A stretch of DNA of 64,000 nt from positions 51,681 to 115,680 of the forward strand of contig CALWJZ010000002.1 in the NCBI GenBank assembly GCA_944381145.1, read 5' to 3'. The notes under the pieces are model-generated. The model worked only from the letters and a program-made list of their open reading frames with translations, was not told where the DNA came from and did not search any database. A program made the translations under genes and the position numbers. How positions within the stretch are numbered: position 1 is the stretch's first letter; every line of letters begins with the position of its first letter. Positions 40,301 through 55,300 of the stretch are shown here, in pieces. This stretch comes from an uncultured Clostridia bacterium (GTDB taxonomy: Bacteria > Bacillota > Clostridia > Christensenellales > UBA1242).

Positions 40301-43300
40301 TATTAGATTAGAATCATAAAAATCTTTATCTCTATCAACATATTCATTATTATGTCCGGATATAACATTCTCATTATTTTCTAGACCAATAACCACACCT
40401 ACTATTCCACCGACATAATCAGCTTCTATAACACTCGTATTTAAATTTGTATAATATGATTTTGTATTTTCATCAGAAACTGCAAAATTACCTGAATATA
40501 AATTGTTTAGATTGTAATAATTAAGTATTTTGTCAATTTGTGTTGCACTACTATCATCATATACTTGTATGGTTTCTTGATACATACCATTTGTTCCAAT
40601 GCTTAAGAAACCTATAACTCCACCAGCAACAGAATATTTTGATTTAGTATCAAAAGATTGAACTTCGCCACCATCACCATCAGATTGTAATTCTTCAATA
40701 TTTGCAATAACATTTCCTGTATTCCAAATTAAACCATTTTGAACTTTGTTGCTTAATTGTGTATTTACAACAATATTAACATTTTTACCTAAGTATCCAA
40801 TAACACCTCCAGCTATTTCTGAAGCATAAACATCGCCATTATTTTTTATACTTTGTTGCATTAGAGAACTATTATTTTCTACCGAAGCATTCACAGTTGG
40901 TACAATTTCATAAACATTGTCTCCAATTAACGATGAAGCATCAATATATCCTATTACACCACCAACCACTTTTGGTGCTTTTTGTGAATTTTGATAATTG
41001 TCAAATAATGAGCCGTCATTTCTAACATTATTAAAATTAAACTTATATTTTACATTACCAAATTCTTCAAGTTGAGTTATATCATTTGGATTATTTCTAG
41101 ACAATGACAATATATTGACATACTGTTTGTCATTATTTGTACCTAATGTACTGGTGTATGCTGATTTTGCTAACCCAATGATTCCACCAGCAATAGTTAC
41201 TCTATCATTATCATAAACACTACTAATATCTACACTATTTAATATATTATCTAAATCAAAAGTAACTGTTTCAGGAATAGATAAATGCTCAGAATATCTA
41301 ATTGGAGTTGTTGACGCAATGAATGTTCCAAAATATTCTTCATAATCTTTTTCTGAATTTACATGAATTAAATCTTTTATTTCAATAGGCAAACTAGCTG
41401 AATGAATCATATTTAGATTTTTCAAAGTTAAATCACCCTGAACAAAACCAATAAAGCCATATAAATTGTATTTATCATAATCAGACGACCCAGCAATATA
41501 AACATTAGTTGTCAATTCAATTCTCGCTCTAGCATTTTCTTCCTTTTCATCAGTGTAACCGATTATAGTCAAATTATTGATTGGGAAGAATTGAGAACCC
41601 AAAGGAACCAAACTTGATTGCAAACTTTCTCCTGTTCTATACCCACCTGTACCAAAATGAGTATTTTGAACATTCATCATTTGATCATATATGTTAATTG
41701 TAACATCTTTTGGCACGTCATTATAGAAATATCTTTTGGTAAGAGAAGTATACAAATACAAATAATCATCTATGTCATCATCAGTTTGATTAATTTGAAA
41801 TTCAGTTTTCATATCTACAGCACGTTGATCCATGTTGTAACTAAATAAAATTTTATTATCTTCCGTTACATTCCAAAGTCCTGCTTCTGTATAAATCTGT
41901 TTTACCAAATCAATTAAAATTTCTTTTTCGTCTTTGTCACTGTGACTATCCACCATAGATTTGATTTGAGAATTAATTGCTTTGTTACCATTTGCAAGTG
42001 AAATGTCTCCATTGTAATCTGATGAATATATAACCGTTTCGTTATATTTTTGATTATATGTTGGATGTGAACCTTTCGGACTAGCTCCATTTGCATAAGC
42101 CATCGAAATACTATTTGTTAGTCCTTCATATTCACCATAACTTGCATTATCGCGTTCAAAAGTTGCAACAGATATATTTAATAACCAATAATTTTCTGAA
42201 TACCAATTTATATTGTTTCCAGCATTTTTCAAAACATTTACAATACCATAAATGTCTCCCGAACTCTTTTCACCAACAATATTCTCTTTTTTGATTGAAG
42301 TTGAAGCTTCAAAAATTTCTACATTATCAGCATATCCTACAATACCACCAAATTTAGAATTTCCAGCAACAACTCTATTGATAGTTACGTCCAAATTCTC
42401 TAATAAATAATATGAATTTAAACTTGATTTAGCATGAGAAACATATCCAATTATACCACCTGTTGCTAGTATATTGTTTTCTTTAATTTGTCCATTTGGT
42501 TGAATGCTCGATTCAATATAATAATCGCAATCACCTTTTACATTCAAAATTTCAAAGGTATTTATATATGCAACACTATTTTGAATCTCAATTTCTTCGC
42601 CAGCACCAACTAAACCACCAATATAATTTCCACCAATAATATTTGTATTATCAGAAGAATTATAATCATCACCAAATCTTGCATTATTAATTTTTATTAA
42701 TTTTCCTCTTCCTATTAGTCCTCCTATAAACGAATTAGAATGTAATCCATCTATATTAGAACCAATATTCACTCTAGATACCACAACATCTTGAATGTCG
42801 GCATAATACACTTCACCAAATAAGCCACCAACATAATCAAAACCAGTTATATTACTATTTTCAATACTTGCAGATCTAAGATTGATAGTTTTAGAAGTGG
42901 TTTTTCCTAATTGTCCAACTAATCCACCTACAAACTGTGATTTAGATTCCAAATCTCCATTTATGTTAGCATATAAAATTTTAATATTTTTTATATTTAT
43001 TTCACTAACAGAAATACCAATTCTTCCGACAATTCCACCAATATATTTACTTTTGCCTATTATCTCAAGTCGAGTCGATTCTTTTCCTTGAATGGTGTAC
43101 TTATTTAAATTAATTGTACCATTGTGAATATATCCAAATACTCCTCCAATGTTTCCATAAGTATCTAAATATTTAGAAGAGTTATTTGTTAATAAATTTA
43201 AATAATTTTCATCATTTACATCTGTAACCTCAGTAATGTTGACATTTTCAACTACTATTTCAACATTTTCAGATGGCGATACTAATTCATTAACATAACC

Positions 43301-46300
43301 AGCAATACCACCTAAATATCCAACACCTTGTAAACCTTGTATATTTTTTACAATTAAATCATTTTCATCACTTAATTTTAATCTTCCATCAACTCTACCA
43401 ACTATTCCACCAATGTAATTAGAATAAGTATAATTTTGCTCACCTGAGTGATTAAATATAAATTCAATATTTTCAACAGTCAATATATCTGTGTTACCGA
43501 AGGTCAAGTCTGTTACCTTACCAACTAAACCACCAATAGCACCAGACATATTTTCATTTTGAATATAATTAATAATGTTGCTACTAGAAATTTGTACACC
43601 ATCTGGATCAAATTGTAATGCATTAATTGTCACAGATTTTGCCGAACCAATTATAGAACCAATATTTGCTTTTATATTATTACTTAGAAGAATAATATTT
43701 TTTCCATCAATTTGGTTATCTAGAATTGCATTGTTAATTATAATTTCACCATCACTATATCCGACTATAGATCCTAAATTACTAGCAGAATTTACAAGAT
43801 TTGAAGCATTAAGAACATTATCTACTTGGAATGTGACATTTTCCCCTAGAATTTCTGCAACTATTCCTGCACTATTTCCTATAGCATTATATACACTTCC
43901 AAAATTACTAATGTTATCAGCTACAATAGTGATTTTATTTTGTGATAAATTATTAGATACAACGCTTATTGAACCAATAATTCCTGCAACACCACCAATA
44001 TTATTACTTTCAACCAATACACTAGTATTACCGTAATTTATAAGTGAACCTAAATTATAAATTTTTTCACTCCTACCATTGATTGTTGTTATATTATCAT
44101 TAATTTCGTATGCTCCAATTATACCTCCAATGTAACCCTCAACACCTTGAACATTTAAATAACTTGTAATTGTAGAAGATTCAGATATGGTTGTATTTTT
44201 TGCATAACCGATAAATGATCCAGCGTAACTGCCCAAACTTCTTATATGTGATCCCTCATTAGGAGTATTGTTATCTCGTTCTAATGTTAAATTACCTGTA
44301 AATGTTGCATTTTTTGTATATCCAAATAATCCAACATAATTTTTAACTAAATGATTTTCATCAAAAATATTATTTTTGTAATATCCATTTGTAGTTAGGT
44401 TCTTAATAGTTAGATTTCCAAAATGGAATGTGCCTTGGAAACTATTAATTTCACTATAACCAATAGGCATCCATAATCTTTTTTGTAAATCTAATACATT
44501 AACATTTTCTGCTACTCTAATTGTCTCACCTTCAAAGGTGTAACCACTATTAACTTTTTCAGCGACCCAAGTTAAATTTTCAACGTTTTCTATGATATAT
44601 TCACCATTTTGTACAATAGGTTCAATACCTTTCCAAGTTTCACTCGCAAATAATAATACAGGATAATTATTATTTTTCTGTGAAACTCTACTCCAAATAT
44701 ATGACCAATCATTAAATATATCATTATTAGGTCTACTTAATTCATCATGATCAAGAATAACCAAAGAATTATCTTCATAATTAACTTCTGTAATGTCATT
44801 ATCCAAAGCAAAAGTTTTGTAATATTGTAACTGTGTTGAATTTGTTAAGTCTACTTTATTAAGTGAAGAGTAAACTTGATATAAATTTACATTAATATTT
44901 TCATCTACAACATTAATAATCGCTGATTCTTTTCCACCAGTTGAATGTAAAATTGAATCATTTATGTTATTTCTGTCGTTGACAACATTATTTATCAATT
45001 TACCAATGTCTCCACGACTAACATAACTATTGCTAATTTCTGTTGAATTATATACAAGACCAACTAGTCCTCCAACATTATATCCACTGACATAAGCAGA
45101 GTTATAAGTTTCATTAATATTTACAAAACTGTTTACATTAGCATAACCAATAAGTCCACCTGCAGAATAAGTTGAATCATCATTGCTGTTCTGTTGATAA
45201 ACATCTCCTTCATTATATGTTTGTGTTACGCTTACATCACTATTAAGTGCATATCCCAATATACCACCAACATATTCTCTGCCCTGTAATTTTTGCATAT
45301 TTTTACTTAAATTTACAGATAATGATCCATTTTGTATTTGACCTACTAATCCTCCTACATAATCACCATTATAGATTTGAGTGTTATTACTTTCATTTAT
45401 TGTGACTTGATTAATACCGATATTAGAAGAAGAAATTTTTCCGATAATTCCTCCAACTGCAGATTCGGAATCTAAAATTAATGAATTAAGTATATTAAGA
45501 GAACTTATATCTATATTTGAAATTTCTGAGTGCGAAATTTGATTTGATGTGATAGTACCAATATTGCCATGATTTGCAATCAATGTTACATTTTCAAAAT
45601 CAATATTGCAGATCCTTGTTGCTTTTGAAGTTCCAAAGAATCCTGCATCTTTTTCATTGATAATAAATAAATTATTAATTTTGAAATTTCTTCCATCAAA
45701 TGAACCTTCGAATATATTATTATTTAAATTTTCAATTAATAATGCTCCACCAATTGGAGTAAATAATCTTCCAAATAAATCTATATCATTTGATAAATAT
45801 ATTCGTTTGCTTGTATAGGTGGAATCTTCGCTATTGTTGACCAATTGAGAAAAGTATGCTAATCCCAAATTTGATTTAATATTAACTTCTTCACCAATGA
45901 TAATATCATTATTCCCAACTTTTTTATCATTAAGCATTAAATTAACGTAATTTGACCATACATAGTCGCTATAAGCAGTTTGCGTAGTACTATTCAAATC
46001 TATATCATCATAATACCAATTCTCTCCAACTATTAGTTTTAATTCCCAACGCAAGAACACTCTACCATTATGTCTATTATTAATTTCATCTTCTAACATG
46101 CTTTCGTTTACTGGTAATATAATCCAATGATTATAAAAGTCATAATTTTCTGTAAAGTTTGAAATATCTTGTGCTTGACTTTCATCTAAAATTTGCATAT
46201 TCCCATCATGATCATAATAGTAGTAATTGTCTTCTACAGTAATATAACTATCAAACATAGAAGAATTTATAGTCAACACATTTTCTGAATTAATAACTGC

Positions 46301-49300
46301 AAACTTGATTTGTCCGACACCACTATTAGTTTTTATTAATGGAGAAACTTTGGTTACAATTTGTGGATATACAATCAATCCATCATTTGTTTCATACATA
46401 TATCCACTATTAATATTTATTACAGGATAAATGTCAATACCTTTATTAGTCTGAATGTAACCAGTAGGACTATTTAAATTTGAAATATTTGTTGTAGAGA
46501 CTTTTCCGTAATTTTTTAAAATTATGTGTTTAGTAACACTTAAAGGATATTCTTCTGTTCCAATGTGAATACCATAAATTCTTGAACTTTCGTCTACAGA
46601 AGTAAATAACACATAACCGAATTCTCTAGAACTGTAACCTTCTTGAGTGATAGGATTTTTGAAATAAACATCGACTCCTTTCAAATTAATATCCAAATCT
46701 TTTGTAATTATTTGATCGGTAATTATTACAGAATCAAAATTACTCAAATTTGTAGAGTCTATTGTAGAGTCTAACGCAGATACTACTTCTGGTGTTAATT
46801 TTGAATCTAGCATTGATTCATAATTATTTTTTACCCATGTTAACACAGGATAATTATTTGTAGCAAATGACCATATATTATTGCCTGTCGTACTTCCACT
46901 ATTAGAAATTAATTGTTGTGCATTATCATCAAATAACAATTCAGTACAACTTTTTGCTGTTCCTATCGAATTGGTATCAAGCATAAAGTCTGCAAGATAA
47001 TATGCAGTATCTTCATTAATAGATGTAGAAATATCATAACCTGACATTGATTCTGCCCTACCTATAATTCCTGCAACATAAGAATCAGTGTCTGTACTTA
47101 AATTTAAAATTATATTTGCAATAGTAAATGAATTTTCTAATTTTAAATTCAAATCACTATTGTCTTGAGCCGTGAATAATCCTATAAATCCACCTATCGC
47201 ATGATAATTACTAATATTTTCATAAGTAGTAATTTGATTAGTTTCATTATAATTATATGTTTTTATAGAATTTGTAGTATATACATCACTTATCCAAATT
47301 CTATCTTTTGCATATCCAATTAATCCACCAATATTTGCATTATTTTGTGAATCATTCTCAGTAAATAAATTAATTTGTCCTGAAGCAAAAGACGATTTGA
47401 TTGATTCGCTATTTGTACTTAACAAATTTGCAAAACCAATTAAGCCTCCCAAATTGATATTAGAATAAGATTGAGAACTTAGATACAATACTATATTTGC
47501 ATTGTAACCAGATTCAATAACTTCACCACCAGTCATTTTACCCAAAACACCACCAATATTAAGATTGGTATTTTGACCAATTGTTACTTTTGTGGATAAA
47601 TCATTTTCATCTTTTATAGTTTCAACATTTTTATTACTAATAATTCTATAAGCTGAGCCACTATTGAAAGCACCAATAATTCCACCAATGTTTACATTTA
47701 CCTTATCTAATTCTGTTAAACTATAATTTAAATTTGTATTTGATAATAAATTATTAAGATTTCCAGAAGAAGAAACTACGCCACCAATAATTGAACCTAA
47801 ATTTACATTACTGATTGAATTACTTTCTTCTAAATATTTATTTTGATTGTTATGTACATAATTAACTTCAGTGAAATTATTAGTTAAATTAGTAATGTTT
47901 ATATAACCATTATTATTTCCACCTAATTGTCCTATAAGTCCACCAATGTTTGTATTGCCTTTGTTTGAATATAGTGAACTTGAATATACACCATTATTTG
48001 TTACATTTAGTGAACTTGTAGCCAAATCATCATGTTCAATTTTTATATTATTCAAAGTAAATAATTTGCTTAATTGCAATCCCTCAGCAAGACCAAATGC
48101 TCCACCAATACCAATATTATCAAATGATACGCATTTTTGCTCAATGGCGTTCAATGTAATATTAATTTCTGGATCTATTATTGTTAAATTCTCTAATTTA
48201 AATGTTTCATTATTAATCTCAGAAGATGAGGAAGTATTTACAATTTTTCCAAATGCACTACCAATCGCAAGAGTATCATAGTAACCTTCTGCAAATTCAA
48301 CATCAAGTTGAATACTAGGATTATTTAATTCAATATTATTGGATACAATTCCACTAAAAATTGATCCATATCCAAACAAACCACCAACATATATATTTTT
48401 ATTTGTAATATTATTTGTTTGCCCTTGTAATGTAATTTGTGGATTATTTACTACTAAATTTGTTATATTTAGTGAATCAGCATATCCGCCAACACTTCCA
48501 ACATATGCAATACTAAAATTATTCGTTCCTGAAGTTTTTGTAGTAATTTGTGAATTATTATTGAAATTAACTGTAATATCCTTTAGAGTAGTAGCAGTAT
48601 AACCTCTTGCAAATGCATATCCAAATAATGCACCTACAGCAGAATCATTATTTCCGTCGTCAGATACCCAAATATTCTTATTAATCTCAATTGTGAAATT
48701 ATCAAAATAAGCTCCTTTGACAGCAGAGAATAAACCTACTGATCCTGATGCTCCAAATTCGTTTTCAAAAGTAATTGTGTATTTATCATATAGTCCAGTA
48801 TCTGGATTTTTTACTAAATTACTTTTTAATACTCCTGTAAATGGATTACCTAGTGACGCAAGTGGCTTTGCATCAACAGGAACTGTGATATCATTCATAA
48901 GAATAAACGTTCCATTAGGATTATTATTGACTTGTAATAAATCAGCATATTCATACACATAAATTGTAGGGTCGCTTGACTTATTTTCATGAACTGGGAA
49001 AATGTAATTATCAGTTTTTTCTTGTGATGATTCATTGAAGTTTATGCCACTCCAAACTGTTGTCTTCCAAACATTATTTGGATAAATATTTTGTGGAATT
49101 GCTCCATTATCTGGTTTTAACGTATTGTAACTAACTCCAGACGAATTTTGTACATCAATTTCAACAACTCTATTTTCAACTACACTAACATCTGCTGTAC
49201 TTATTTTTCCTATAACTTCAGATGCTTGTGCAAACATATAATATCTATTTAATATTTCTTTCAATGTCCTTGATGAAGAATATTCTCTTAATCTTGAATA

Positions 49301-52300
49301 GTGTTTTGACATAACAGTCTCATATTCCCCATTTGTCTTATTGACTTCCAAAATATTTCCACTATGAATATAGCCTTCGATTATTTCATTATTAATTAAA
49401 ATGTTCTTGATAGTATCAACATCACTATTCTCTTTTACAATATAAGTAATACCATCATTAGTGGTTGCTATAGATAAATCATTACTCTCAATTTCTAATG
49501 AACTTTCCACATTACCAATTTCAGAAAGAAGTTCAAATCCTTTATATGAAGATTGATCTGAAGAATTCAAATAATTATTAATTGAGTCATAAGTATATGC
49601 AGTAATTGTATACATATTCTCATTAAATAATCTACTAATTATTTCGTCAGTTTGAATTTCTGAATTATAAGAATAACCAACAATTGAACCTATATTTGCA
49701 TAAGTTGAAACTTGTTCATTTATATGATTACGTCTAATATTTAGATGTTCCAATTTCCACATATTAATTGCAACAACACCTTGAACAGTAAGCTTAACAT
49801 CTGAATTGAAATCTTGAATTGCATCGTTATTTTCTATAAATAGTTTATTGCTAATAATTGTAAAATCATTATCACTACCATTGCTATAATTAACATTTAA
49901 ACCAACAATACCACCTATACCATAGAATGCATAAACATCTGCAGTAGTATAAACTGATGTTAATTGTCCACCCAAAGCAACACCTACAATTCCACCAGCA
50001 AACATAGAATTAATATTAACAACATTTACTTTGTTATAACTATCAATTATCTGACCATTTATATTTAATCCAACTAGTCCACCAATAAAGTGAGCATTAC
50101 CATTAAACATTGTTTTGTCATCGCCTGAATAAATTATATCTCCATAAATTTGCTCGGTATTTTGGGACAAATCATAAATAGCTTGATCTATACTATTTTG
50201 CTGATCCTTAGTATAACTTACATAACTTCTTTCAATTTTTCCTAAGTTTTGACCAGATAAACCACCTGAAATTCTTGAAGCGTCAAGTTTTGTTAGAGTA
50301 TCTGCATAAACTTGACCTGCAGTTATAATACTATTTTCGCCTATATATCCATATAATCCACCAACTATTTCACCACGAATTGATGTATTGCCAGAATATA
50401 TGTTATATCTTATTTTACTCATGTTTCCAAAATCCAAGTCAGAGGAAGCATCACCAATTTTATCTACATCTATTATACCAGCAATACCACCAGCATATGA
50501 TATATCACTAAATCTAGATGATCCTTCTTGTGTTTTTGGTTCATAAACATTGTAAGTATTAGATTCCAATATATCAACATTATTTTTATCGAAAGTATTG
50601 TAATTATCAAAATAAGTAGATGTAACTGCAACATTTGAATTTAGATTAATAAGAGAACTATTTCCCTCTACTCTTCCAGCAATACCGCCAGTAACATTAT
50701 ACCCGAATACAACTACATTATCTCCAGTCACAGTAACATTGTATATTTTGCTATCAATTACTTGACCTGCTATTGTTCCAACAAAATTTACACCCGATCC
50801 ATAAAGTTCTGCAATAGTTACATTTAAGTTTTTCACAACTGCACCGTTTGTTAATTTTGCAAACATTCCAACTGATGTCGCTTTTCTATATACAGTAACT
50901 TCTGTAGGTGTATCCCCTGATACTTCAATATCATACTCAAAATTAGTAACAAGTTCATCTACATTTTGACCATTTACTGTATTTCTTAGATATAAATAAT
51001 ATATTTCACTATCCACAGTTGGTTTTTTAACAATGTATTCAACACTACTAATGCTAACTTTGAATATAGAACCATCAGAATTTATAACATATGTATCAAG
51101 TACATATTTTTCTGTTTCTTGGTAATTACCAGATTGTTGCTTATTTATTGCATTAGAAGATATTGTAGTATCAGCATTAATTCTGATATCACTAATAGTC
51201 ATACCGTTACCATCTAATACTCCAGAATAATCAACATTAAATGTTTTTACAACCATTTCTGAACTATTAAATGATATATCACTAATTAATCTTAAATATT
51301 TGTCTGATTTGAAATTCTTTTCAGTAGCACTTATATTATTTTCGTCAGTTTGCATTATAAATACGTTGTAATCTTTTGCAGATTTTATCAAATATGGATT
51401 AAGTATACTATTACCATATTCAATGCTTATTCCAGACGTATTTTCAAGAATTGCATAGTACTCGTATGTAGAAGTTGTTTCAGGAATAGCATCAACGTTT
51501 ACATCATAAATTTTTACATCTACATATGAATAATTACTAAACACATTATTATTCAAAATTGTTTTGATTACATAATCTTTGAACGAATTCAAATCTGCTT
51601 GAATTTGATTATAAATTTCACTTTCATAATATAATGAAACCAAAATATATTGTGACAAAGAATCTTCAAGATACTGTTCAGTAATATTTTGATATTTAGA
51701 ATCATTAATTCCTAGGTTGACATAATTTTTCATTGTGTCAACTACTTCAGATTTTGTTATATTTGTTTCTTCTAAAGAAGTAGCATTAGACTTAATTTTT
51801 GATATCAATCCATCTAGAGAAACTTCTGAAGAAGATATTTTTATATTATTTTTTGTAAAATCAACTACAGTATCTGGATAATCTGTAAGTAAATTTCCAT
51901 ATAAACTATTAATTAGTTTAGTTGAATTATCAGACACATAATATTTCAAACTATATGTATTTAAATTTGCGCTAACTAATTGTGGTGCCCCATGGATATA
52001 ATCACTTTCTCTAAAATATGGACTATTGAAAGTTGAACTACTTTCATCATTTGAATTATTTGGATAGAACCATACACTTCTAGTTATTTCTTCAATAGCA
52101 GTTAAACTTTTTTCATCATAATTAATATCTAATATTGAATCGTAATTTGAATTGAATGCGAATGAATCAAAAGTATTATAACTTGCTAGTTTAGCCAAAG
52201 AGATAGCACTTGCAATTTGTTTAGATTCATTTAAATAATTATCAAGAGGATTTGAACTAGATGAAGAATTGATATCTGATTCTATTACTTTGATGTAATA

Positions 52301-55300
52301 TGCATTTGTTATATTACCTGTATTATTTGCACTAGTATTATTTTCTATTAAACTTATAAATGGATTATTGTTTGAGTCAGAACTCAAAATACTACTAAGT
52401 GTGTATACATTATTTATTGTTCCACTGTTACCATATACAAAACCAGTAGAAATATTTCCATAAACTAAAATATTAGAGTAACAATCGCTAATAATTCCTG
52501 TATTTGTATAAACAAATCCAGAAGAGTTTCCACTTTCTGATATTACCCCAGTACTTCTTAGTCTAACACCTTTTGAAGTATAATTACTTCCTGTAAATAC
52601 ACTCAAATCCAAACCTGAAGTACTAATTTCATTACCGGCATTATCAGTAAATTTTGCACCTGTAGCATAACTGTATAATATTTTTCCATTATTGTAGAAA
52701 ACAAACGCTGATGCACCCAATGAATCAGAATTTTCTGCTGAAACTTGTGCATTTATATTACCACCAGCATAATACGAACTACTGATAGTATTATTATTTT
52801 CAGCTACAAAACCAGCAACGCAATCTAGACCTTTGATATTAATATTGCTTACATTACTATTGGAAATAAATCCATTATTAATACCTACAAAAACACCAAT
52901 TCTATTAGTTGTAGAAGTAGAAGTAATACCACCATAATTTAAATTAATAGTTGACAAATTTCGTATAATTTCAGATGAACCAGACGAATTTTCAAATATA
53001 ATTTTATTAGTTAAAGGAAGTTTTGTATAGGTTGAAATTAAACCTCTATTGTATAACAACTCATTCCTTTCATTTCTGTATTTATTAGCATTATTTGTTA
53101 CTACTACATTAGTAATAATACCCTTATTTTCTCCAGCTAACAATCCAAATTTAACTTGGCTATAATTAGCAACATCTATTTCTACATCACTAAGCATTGT
53201 TGATACATTATCTGTATTGACCATATTGCTAGGGACAACTTCTATTATCAAATTTTTAATAGTAGTACTTTCTGAAATAGTGGAGAAAATTCCCAACGAT
53301 AAATCTCTGCTTATTTCTTGATCTCCAGACACATTTAAAGTAGTATCGTAAAAACTATCATTATTTATAGTTATAACATAACCATTTCCATCAAGAGACG
53401 CAATATTTGTATTAATTGGTGTCCAATCATTCAAAGTGATATCTGACAACAAGATATAATATCCACCACTTTCCATATTTGCAAGTTCTGCTTGAGTATA
53501 AATTGGTTCTGGGTTTTCTTCATTTGAAAGTCTATTAAATTCAAGTCCAAACACACAATCTTTTACTCTAATAAAATCCGTATTCACATAAGAGGTTGGA
53601 TTTATAATTAAGCCATGAATTGATGATTCAGAATATGATGTATACTCTACTTTGATTTCTAATTTCAAAGTGCTTGTAGGATATCTCATATTGTTTTTTA
53701 TGACATAATAATCCCCTTGTCTTTCTATCCAAAAATCACTTTTTTGATTTGGCTCATCAGTTAAAATTCCCCAATAACCATTTTGAAGTAATTGAAATGA
53801 ATTTGATTGAACTTGAGATATTAAGTTAGAATATCCGTCGATTATATTTTTTATTTTATTACCATTAGCCAAGTCATAATTTTCATCATATGTAGCTTTT
53901 GATATGTAACCTCTCAAGTCATAAGGTTGGTTATAGATTCCGTGGAAATTACCATCTTGAACATAATCTACACTTACTTCATCAATTGTAAATAAAGCAA
54001 GTCTAATAGTAATACTATCTTTAGTAGAATATACTCTACCTTTTATATCAACAGATACAGTTGCAGTATAAACAATGTCTTTTCCTAATAAATTACGCAA
54101 TACGTCGTCGTATGTTCCATACAATTTAATAAGTTCTGTAATAGGTTTTACTTGGATTTCATATTTATTTGTTAATTCATTATAGACAGGTAATTCACTA
54201 GTCATAATATTTGAAACGTTAAGTCCTGCACTAGAAACACTCCAAGTAATTTCACTATTAGACATTGCGTCAATTTCTAATTCTCTGCCAAGAGCAATAA
54301 CTCCAGTATCATCTCCATTTACATTAATATCTACAGTTGGACTTTTTGTTACATTTATAATGATACTATCAGTAAAAATTATTTCTTCTTGATAATAACA
54401 ATTTACTGTAATCGTAAAGTCGACACTGCCTAGTGGCAAGTTTGGTACAACTGTACGAACATAAAATGATCCATCGTATGAATAGTTATCAATATTTTGA
54501 CTTGAGAACATTGTACTGTATTTCCCTATTTTAATGCCTCTACCATTATCTATAATTTCTCTATTTTCATTATATGTTTTGTAATAACCATCGAAATAAG
54601 TATTGGTTCTATCATATACAGCAACCAATTGTTCCATTGAAATATAATTACCTTGATACTCACTAGACGTTAAAGTAATATAATCTACATTAGCATAGTT
54701 TGGAAATAGATTAACTTGCAAAAGTCCAGGATAACCTGTAATCAAAGTCTTTGATTCATAATATTCATTAAAATCATATGTATCTTGATTATCTAAATAC
54801 TGATCAACTCCAGAATAATGTCTAAGAATAATATCGTTAATTTCCTGTCTTTCTACAGTAATAGTTGTATTTGAATAAATTTCACTTTGATTGTAATCAA
54901 CAACCAAAAATTCAATATTAAATTGATTAGTTAAATCTTCATCAAATAAATATTTGTCTACTACTCCAACGCTAAAAATATATGTTTTTGATACAAGTTT
55001 TGTAGTATCTACTCTATCATATTCTAAAGTTGGTTCAGATTTTAGTCGTAAATACATCTTATCAAAATATACAGCATTTTCAGAATATAAATCATATTCA
55101 TCAAATAGGTATGCATTTATTTGTTTTCCATATAAATTTTCAATATTTGGTATAGACAATAAATTAGTTTTGTCTACATCTGAAAATACTTGTAAATTAT
55201 TCAAAGAATTGTTTTTATAGACATTGAAAAATAATTGACTATCTGCATTGTCTGTCTCAACTCTTACAACAATATCTTGATTATTCAAAGGTTTAAATGT